The translations under genes and the position numbers were made by a program. From NCBI GenBank assembly GCA_964035545.1, contig OZ037768.1, forward strand, positions 806,001-870,000: DNA of 64,000 bases, in the 5' to 3' direction. Below the pieces are notes generated by a model. That model was not told where the DNA came from, ran no database searches, and worked only from the letters and a program-made list of their open reading frames with translations. This DNA is from Bugula neritina. Lineage: Eukaryota; Animalia; Bryozoa. Positions 54,915 through 64,000 of this stretch are shown here, one piece after another; position 1 is the first letter of the stretch, and the number at the start of each line of letters is the position of its first letter.

Positions 54915-57900
54915 TCACACTGAAAATAGAATAGTTACATAGATGGAGTAGTACTTGGGCTATAGGCAGCTAATATTACGAGACATAGCACAGAGCTCCC
55001 TCTCTTGATGAGGAAATAAGGAAAATTCAGAGGATATGAGCTTCCTGCTGATGATAGCCTGAGTAAAAGTAGTAAAAAGTTGGGTAGTCATCTCACCCAC
55101 CCTTTCTTGACAAACTTCTAGAAACTTGCTGAATTTCAGGCCCTATATAGGCTATATGCAACACCTAATAGCTCACACACTAGAGGTTTCTTATTATACC
55201 TGGTATCTTACCTGCATAGCCTAGTCTCTTACCTGCATAGCCTGGTATCTTACCTGCATAGCCTGGTATTTTACCTGCATAGCCTGGTATCTTACCTGCA
55301 TAGCCTAGTCTCTTACCTGCATAGCCTAGTCTCTTACCTGCACAGCCTGGTATTTTACCTGCATAGCCTGGTATCTTACCTGCATAGCCTAGTCTCTTAC
55401 CTGTATAGCCTGGTATTTTACCTGCATAGCCTGGTATTTTACCTGCATAGCCTGGTATCTTACCTGCATAGCCTAGTATCTTACCTGCATAGCCTAGTAT
55501 CTTACCTGCATAGCCTGGTATTTTACCTGCATAGCCTGGTATCTTACCTGCATAGCCTGGTATCTTACCTGCACTGTAGTGGATAATCCTCTCCTCAAAA
55601 ACAGACAGTATCAGCATAACAGCAAATCCTAGAATCATCCCGACATTCTTGAGGAAGAAGTGGACCCACCAGTTTCCATTCCGACTCGGAGCAATGAGTA
55701 CAGGCAGCTGAGAGAGCATAAATATATTATTATATAACGATACATACAGTAATATAGTGCAGTACTATTGTATATATTGCTATTATATAATATACAAGAT
55801 ACAACATAGATATGTATATATATATATAACATATTAATGCATGGTGCTTCACAGTGCTTCTTTTTACAGTTAGGAAGTTTTAGTAGGTCAATAAAGCTTG
55901 ATTGAAAGGGTATACCATGTTAACGAGTCCGATGTAGATGAACATCCCTGAAGTCAAGGCCAAGAACCACTTCCTGGTGTCTGGGTTGCTGCCGATAGCT
56001 GCCCCCATGTACAAGCCAATAAGACTGGTGGAAGAGGCACCGAGATTCAAGAAGACGGCCTTCCACTTAGAGACTCCAGATCGAAGGTAAATGGAGAAGT
56101 CACCTTCAATAGAATACATCAACATCTACCATCAGGTGGCGTAAGAATTCTGTTGAATCCACTAAAACTGAAACTTCAGTTAAATTAATCTACACCAGGC
56201 TTGTGGATACTTTGTGAAACAAATTAATTGAGACTCTTTGAGGTTTACAAAAGACTGAAATAGAATCAACCTCTTTTTTAGAAGAGTTGGGTTATATTTA
56301 TATTTGTGTTTAATATGTTATCATAGGATAGATGACCTAATTCATAGAGTAAATGACCTAATTCATGAAATAACGAATCTAATTCATGAGCTAACTGACC
56401 TAATTCACAAAATAACTGACCTAATTTATGAGCTAACTGACCTAATTCATGAGGTAACTGACCTAATTCATGAGGTAACTGACCTAATTCATGAGGTAAC
56501 TGACCTAATTCACGAAATAACTAACCTAATTTATGAGGCAACTGACCTAGTTCATGAGGTAACTCATGTACAAATATAGCAATAGAAGTGCCAACACCAT
56601 CCTGTAGACTCTGTGAAAAAGCAACTCCCATAGCTACACCGTCGAGAATATTGTGTATAACGTCTCCCACCAAAATCATGATAGTCAAAGCTGTGACACC
56701 CTGACACGCCTTACTAGTAGTTGAGTCATCATCACTGATCTGTAAGAGAACACAGGCTAACTGTCTGCAGGAGAACACAGGCTAGCTGTATGCAAGAGAA
56801 CACAGGGTAGCTGTTCGCATGAGAACACAAGCTAGCTGTTTGTAAGGGGACACAGGCTAGCTGTCTGCATGAGAACACAGGCTAGCTGTATGCAAGGGAA
56901 CACAGGCTAGCTGTTTGCAAGGGGACACAGGCTAGCTGTCTGCAAGGGAACACAGGCTAGCTGTTTGCAAGGGGACACAGGCTAGCTGTCTGCAAGGGGA
57001 CACAGGCTAGCTGTATGCAAGGGGACACAGGCTAGCTGTTTGCAAGGTAACACAGGCTAGCTGTCTGCAAGGGGACACAGGCTAGCTGTTTGCAAGAGGA
57101 TCTGCCTCAGTTCAAAGGAGAGACTACTACTAAAACGAGATGTTAAAATAATTTGAAGTACTTAGATAGAATAAAAGAGCTTTTCATTAGAAGCTAAGAC
57201 AAAATCTGCCATCTATTTAATGGACCTAAAGAAAACAAACCGGTTTGTTTGAAGAGTTCTATCAAAATCAGGGCTGATTTCTCGTAGGTTTAACTTTAGC
57301 TCTAGGTCATATATTTTAATATCTAATTTAAAAAGAGTAAAACCCAAAACAAGAATTATACTTTCTATCAATATTTATTTTGCAAATGAAGCTTTACTTT
57401 CAAGTTGGAGGCTATCTCTTTGTCATCTAATCTCTCGGGTATTGGTTGAGTGGTTGTGGTGTCAAGGTCAAATGAATGCGAGTGCCCATGCGTAGGTGCA
57501 ACAGCCTGTGAAACACGAACTAATGTTAAAGTACATCAATTGGAAATTGGCATATGACAAAAATGAAACAAAGTTGATGTTTTGCTCATTTTAAAAGGTC
57601 TCATATCTCAAAACATACCATAAAAAATATTATTATTTAATTATTGATTATTATAAAATTATTATTTAATTTAAATTAAATAATTACATTTCACAAATTA
57701 TAGCTTTGTGTAGCAAATAAAAAAACTTGTATTGCTAAACTCACTTGTGAAGGTTGCAGTTTTGACATCAAAGCCTCAAACACAAAGAATGCGTACAAAG
57801 CTAAAAATAGAACAAGAGAAAAAATTGTACTGTTTGCACTATTAGGGTATACTGATAACCTTCAAGGTGTCAAACTTGAACATTATGTCTTCAGTTGGAA

Positions 57901-60900
57901 TTTCACATGAGATCAGGATAATTTTATGTTACTGAAACTGCCTATAATGAATTATTGACATTTCGAAAATCTCCATTAAAAAACACCTATTTGTAAAACA
58001 GACAAATCACCAATAGACAGCTCGAAGACAGATAGTTAGCAAATGGATATTCAGAAAATGACATTTGAAAAAAGAAGAATATTCAACATGGTTTAGTCTG
58101 AAAAGGGCCTTCAACATCTGGTCGAGTCCAAAATAGCTTTCAGCAATAAACAGCAAGCATAACATAAACATCAGCATAACATAGGCAATGAAATCATTTG
58201 AGAACTTTCTACATAGAAGACTGGTTGATCAATTGGATGTAGGTTAACTTACTTACCTGCGCATACTACTAACTGTAACAACACAGTGTCTGACACTATG
58301 ACCTTGGCATTAGTACCATGAGCCGCATGGTCATCATGAGAATGTAACCCCAGAGCCTGGAGGCAATAGGGACAACAAAGTGGTCATATCGGGCTAGTTT
58401 TCACAAGTATTATATGAAAACACTGCTACTGAATTATTAGATGCACTCTAGGGTAGTAGCTGTGTATGTGTTTATAAGGAGGAATATTTACTATAAACTG
58501 TCTATAGAAAGAAATATTTACTATAAACTGTCTATAGAAAGGAATATTTGCTATAAACTGTCTATAGAAAGAAATATTTACTATAAACTGTCTATAGAAA
58601 GGAATATTTGCTATAAACTGTCTATAGAAAGAAATATTTACTATAAACTGTCTATAGAAAGAAATATTTACTATAAAATGTCTATAGAAAGAAATATTTA
58701 CTATAAACTGTCTATAGAAAGAAATATTTACTATAAACTGTCTATAGAAAGGGATATTTACTATAAACTGTCTATAGAAAGAAATATTTACTATAAACTG
58801 TCTATAGAAAGGAATATTTACTATAAACTGTCTATAGAAAGGAATATTTACTATAAACTGTCTATAGAAAGGAGTATTTACTATAAACTGTCTATAGAAA
58901 GAAATATTTACTATAAACTGTCTATAGAAAGAAATATTTACTATAAACTGTCTATAGAAAGGAATATTTACTATAAACTGTCTATAGAAAGAAATATTTA
59001 CTATAAACTGTCTATAGAAAGGAATATTTGCTATAAACTGTCTATAGAAAGAAATATTTACTATAAACTGTCTATAGAAAGAAATATTTGCTATAAACTG
59101 TCTATAGAAAGAAATATTTACTATAAACTGTCTATAGAAAGGAATATTTGCTATAAACTGTCTATAGAAAGGAATATTTACTATAAACTGTCTATAGAAA
59201 GAAATATTTACTAGAAAGTCATTAATTACTCCAAACTGTTGCTGAAAGAAGACATAAACCTTCTATATTCACTGATAGACACCTCATAAGTTGGTGAGTT
59301 AGTGATAAAAGCTACAGCCCCATGTTAATGGCTTTATGCTGGTAATATGAAACCACAGATTTGATTTGCTGGAGATACACTGAAATGTGTTGCATTTGGC
59401 CCTACATCTCTATAATATTTAGCAGTCAGGCGTATTTGTAATACAATATATAAAATGTTACATAAGCATTGATTAGACATCTTTTTCCAAGCCCTTTTGT
59501 GTCTTGTGATATGATATTACCATGACAACGGTTAGCGATTAATCATTATTAAAATAATTTAAGTGGCATATCACCACAATAAAGCTGAACAACACATCAG
59601 AGTATAAAAAGCTAGGTGATTTCTTTTGATAAGTTTTATGTTGATAATAAATATAACAATGACTCCACTACCACTATAATATAGAATATCATCAGATAAG
59701 CAATTTACCTGTGGGAGAAGGTGGAGTAACGCATCACCGACCAGGGTAGCTGCACCCATTGCTATGAACATGCTGAGAATATACTGAACTATCTGGTCAT
59801 TCAGACAAGGGAAAAGTACAGCCCCGAGTAGAGACAGAAAGGTGATGATGATTACAGCCAGAGTTCCATATCCGTACTCTGTAGAATATGCTTATGTACT
59901 TTATAGCATGTACTTTACAGTATTGTCATGTGTAGAATTATAATGCATGGTAGCAATAATGAAATAGATGTAAGAAGGAAGTTTGAAGTGTTATTGGCAA
60001 TATAGACAAAGATAAGTACTTTATGCTTAAACTACTATTTCAAAATAGGCTTATAGCCAGGAATAGACAATGGCTTTGCTTTTCTGTGGCTATTTGAAAA
60101 AGCTGACATCAGCAAAGTAAAACAAGCAGACGTACTTTCGGCATCAGTAACGGCATCATCCTTGGAGACCTCCTCAGGGGCTGACACACAGCTGTTGCTG
60201 ACTTGCTGCTGTATCAGAACTGGACACAACTCTACAAACTGTTCCTTGGTTATGCCATCAGCTAGGTCAAGGTTGTATATTTGAGCCAATGAGCTTTCAC
60301 TCAGACACTAAAGTATGCAAGAAAGAATAAATAATAAGTGACTAAAATAGTATCATAGATAATACTTTGTATATTCTGGAGTATATTATATAATATATTG
60401 TAACATACTTTTTATATTATGTAATATAGATTGTATTATATAATTCATATTACATTATACGATATATAATACATATATTATATTACATGATATAATACAG
60501 ATATTATTCTGTGACAGAACAATAACATACTGAATCATAATGTAACATAGTAAAATATGACATAATATAATATAGTATACTATAATATAATGCAACATAA
60601 TATAACTAATATAGTAATGAAATATAAAATCGTCACCTGTGAGGTGAGCAGCATTTCCTGTACGGAACGTTTCTTATGGTCATGACCTTCATGACCGTCA
60701 TGAGATGAGTCAGAGGTTGAGTCCCCAGCGGATCCAATGTTGAGAGTTTCCAGTAATTGTTCAAAGGCTGTGAAGATTACGCAATGTTTATAAATAGTAC
60801 TTTATATTATCAGGGAAATGCATGCCTCTATCAACATTTATGGAACATTAGTTTAAATTTTAGCTTTGCAAATTCAAAATTGGACGAGAATTAGATTACA

Positions 60901-63722
60901 TAAATTTACATTATATTACAATATATTAAATTATATTACTTTGAAATTAAAAACAAGATTTTAAGTCATGTTATTTTTCAATTTGGTAACTTATTATTGA
61001 CTTTCGTAATATTATATTTTACCTTTTGAATTTCTTCCTTCAGAGTGCGTTTTTAATGATGTATTAATGTATTTAATTCAAAGATAATTTTCTATTTTTT
61101 ATCGTTAATTCCAAATATTAAAAGGTTTTATGTGGCAAGTGTTTAACAAGTCTTTTCTATAGAAATTAATCCATCTATTAAAACATAAACATTTGCTAGC
61201 TCTATATGCTTACTATAATTTAAATAATTCTACTTAGACAGTAAGTACATTGTACCTTCTTCATCCATGGTGTTGTTAGCTTTAAAAACATCAAATAAAC
61301 TGTTGATGACATCATGTTTGGTTGGCAGCACCTCACAAGTCAAGTCAGCTACCATGTCTGAAGTGAAAACACATTCAATGCATGTTTATTGGTCTTTGAT
61401 AAACATACATTATAAAGATTATTGAATAGATTGGTTCAAATTCCTTGTAATAGAACAAATATACTTTCACTTGTCTACAACTCTTACAGACTTACACTCT
61501 TGTTTTCATGTAAAGCAGTCTACAAATCCCTTGTATATATTTACCTTACACTTGAATGGAACATCTCAGCATAGCCCATGGCTCATAAATTAACTGTACC
61601 AGTTTACGATGACCCTAGCCAACCACCCAACCACTCTGTCTATATTACTCACCCTGTGCTAAAAAGGAAACTATGATTCCAGTCATCTCAGGAATACGAG
61701 ATTTACTGATTGGCTCTTCGTGATCCAATCCCATGTGGTGTAACAAAGTGCCTTCACCAAAGCATTTCTGTAGTCAGAGAGATAAACATCTGTTCAGTAC
61801 TACACAGTTTATAGTGACAGTATAGACCACATATCAGTTCTTGTCAGTGCAACTAATATAATAATATTTTCTGATTTAATTTGTATTTATAAGTTATCTT
61901 TTCCATGATTCTTTGATATTGTTTAAACTTACGTCATTGACGCTTACCTTCAACAATAAACTAGAGCAAGTATTGTATGATTGAATTCATAGCTAAACAA
62001 TAATAGCCTATTAGTCATTGAATATGAATTATTTAATACCTGTTTATTAGTTGTTCATAAATAAATAGTATGATAATATTTCCCTAAGTCCTACTAATGC
62101 CATCAGTTGAACACTTTTCCCATAATATAACTGTTCACATTTACTGTTTTCAGTTTCCATTGATCTCAGCCAAACATTGGCCTTAAGCAAGTTTTATTAT
62201 TACATCATAATTATTTAAGTATATATAATATGGATAATATTATTATATTATAATATAGAGCCATAATATTATTATATTATAATATAGGGTTATAATATTA
62301 TTATATTATAATATAGAGCCATAATATTATTATATTATAATATAGGGTTATAATATTATTATATTATAATATAGAGCCACACACAGTAAACACTGATACT
62401 ACCATATGCTAATATTCCTCACTCTACGCAAGTATTTGTATGTTGTTATTGTAGGCAACAAGTAATTTGCAGTTAATGGTTAACAGATGGTTAGCTAATG
62501 CTTAGTTAAAAGTAAGTTTATAACAAATGTGGAGCAATATATCATTATAATGACGCACAGACAGAAGTACTTAAAAGTTAGAGTTTGGCGCAGAAATGGA
62601 AAAGCTGAGAAAATGGAGATTTTGAATTAAAAACTCATAAGAAAATTAAAGAACTTGGGCCGTTAAAACATTTCCGTCACCTAACCAGAGATATAAAAGT
62701 AGAATGGTTATAATTATATAACAATAATAATTATATTATATAATTAGTGAGTCTTTACCTGAGCATGTTCCTCGTGAGTGCCATGATTATCATCATGATC
62801 ATGATCGTGATCTACATGTACAAAATGGAATAGACTAATCGCACTAAACAATAATATACACATATTTCAGTTATTAGTTTTGAGTATTGGATATAGTAGT
62901 ATTATTTTAGAAATATGTTTATTATGTTCAGCACCGATGCTTGTAGCTAAACGACGCAGTTCAGTGAAGTGTGTCCGGTCATTGACCCTTCTTAAGCTGT
63001 ATTTAAAATAATATCATCAAATATGAAAAACATGTTGCAAAATGCAAAAGTATGACAGTAACTGTGAGTAATGTGACTATGAGTACTTTGACTGAGAGTA
63101 CTGGAACTATCTGCACTGTAACTGTGAACACTAGAGATTCTAATCCTCAATTTATCTATTTTGTTTAACCTACTAAGGGAATGAATTTCATGCTTTGTAT
63201 TAAAGCTAGCCACTTGTTATGTTGATCAAATTTGACAGACTATAATCATTTATCCCTTCTCTGACTTTATAGACACACAGTGTAAATACTAGCAACTTAT
63301 TGCACATTCATTGCTAGTTCAAACTTCTCTGTCATATAAGCAATTTAGACTTTTCTTGTGCGCAGTATATTACATAATATTATCACAAGTCAATGTCATT
63401 TCTAACAATAGATAACAATACTCTCTCCATGGGCATTTTCTCTATAATTTGCACTTATATACTATACTGTGTTTGCTATGTGACACTACCTATCTGTACT
63501 ATTCATGTTTACAGCTTATCAGCTTATACATTCATATCAACAGCCATCTACCTATTATTATCATCACTGAGTGCTTCCATAAAATAAAGACGATGAACTA
63601 CTAGCAACTCCAATCTCACCATGTTCAGTAGTAGCAGTTGTCGTCTCGTGATTGTTATCCTCAGCAAAGACCTCTATTACCTTCTCTAGCAGAGATTTGA
63701 TCTCTTGGTCGCTTATCTCATC
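54915..63722 (-). CDS. LIV-1 subfamily ZIP zinc transporter, paralog B (5' exons beyond window end)
   Basis: Same exon order as paralog A: EISDQEIKSLLEKVIEVFAED (~63722-63620), His-rich exon ~62811-62759, CPVLIQQ, GAATLVGDALLHLLPQ, GDVIHNILDG...VHELPHELG (56739-56547), LALTSGMFIYIGLVNM, exon ending 55569, terminal TGTGA exon 54919-54915. Confidence 0.92.
55196..55572 (-). repeat. 21-nt minisatellite containing the last ZIP-B donor (gcag|gtaagataccaggctat, ~18x)
   Basis: Direct reading. Open in frame as (GKIPGYA)n. Confidence 0.94.
56333..56565 (-). repeat. 21-nt minisatellite containing the HELPHEL-exon donor of ZIP-B (catgaattag|gtcagttacct, ~11x)
   Basis: Direct reading. The same unit occurs 3x in paralog A at ~41501-41565. 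Confidence 0.92.
56740..57097 (-). repeat. 25-nt minisatellite built from a ZIP-B acceptor (agctagcctgtgttcccttgcag|ac, ~14x)
   Basis: The real acceptor tagcctgtgttctcttacag|atc at 56740/56739 is the terminal copy. Confidence 0.92.
58480..59214. repeat. 30-nt minisatellite (gaaatatttactataaactgtctatagaaa, ~24x) in a ZIP-B intron
   Basis: Direct reading. Confidence 0.96.
62235..62380. repeat. 29-nt repeat (ataatattattatattataatatagagcc / ...agggtt, ~5x)
   Basis: Direct reading. Confidence 0.88.
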
Positions 63723-64000
63723 TACATGTCAAATTGTTTACAGTGTTCAATTGCCTTCATAAATTTGCCTAACATATAATATATTAACAAGGTACTTAAT
63801 ACTCGAGATAACTACTCCAGTCTCAGACACTGGGCCACAGAAACTCGACCTGATCAAAGTTCATACTCAACTTTGATAGCCAGTTGCTGAGAAGCTGATT
63901 GTTGCTAAGGTCCAACCCCACCACCAAAATATCAGCTTTTTTACGATAAATTCTAATATCTCATAGTTTATATAAATATTCTGGTTACATCGAAACTGGC

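Noticed and set aside
55180-55719. (GKIPGYA)n as the constitutive C-terminus of ZIP-B
   Set aside because: A consensus donor at 55569 and a terminal TGTGA exon conserved in both paralogs make it intronic by default. Kept only as an isoform hypothesis.

Overview
This is a gene-dense, AT-rich animal (invertebrate-type) genomic window with GT-AG spliceosomal introns. Genes reconstructed by hand alternate in orientation: IMPDH 3' end (+), COX6C (-), TOE1 (+), a secreted alpha/beta-hydrolase (-), USP3 (+), Homer (-), ARNT (+), and two tandem LIV-1-family ZIP/SLC39 zinc transporters (-), the second running off the window. The long repetitive ORFs in the ORF track are translations of intronic minisatellites. 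The most striking signal is that many introns carry their own private 10-46 nt tandem minisatellite. These arrays are often anchored on a splice junction or stop codon: the unit copies the real 5' splice site, 3' splice site or stop codon, giving ladders of up to ~20 decoy sites. Several introns consist almost entirely of such an array. The two ZIP paralogs show that arrays arose or expanded independently at orthologous junctions after duplication. Other items: a PIF/Harbinger-like MITE, a long hairpin upstream of ZIP-A, degenerate 6-nt-periodic DNA in divergent-promoter regions, a probable GC-AG intron, a possible Homer1a-like short isoform, and near-touching convergent genes. Exon coordinates were read by eye and repeat copy numbers are approximate.
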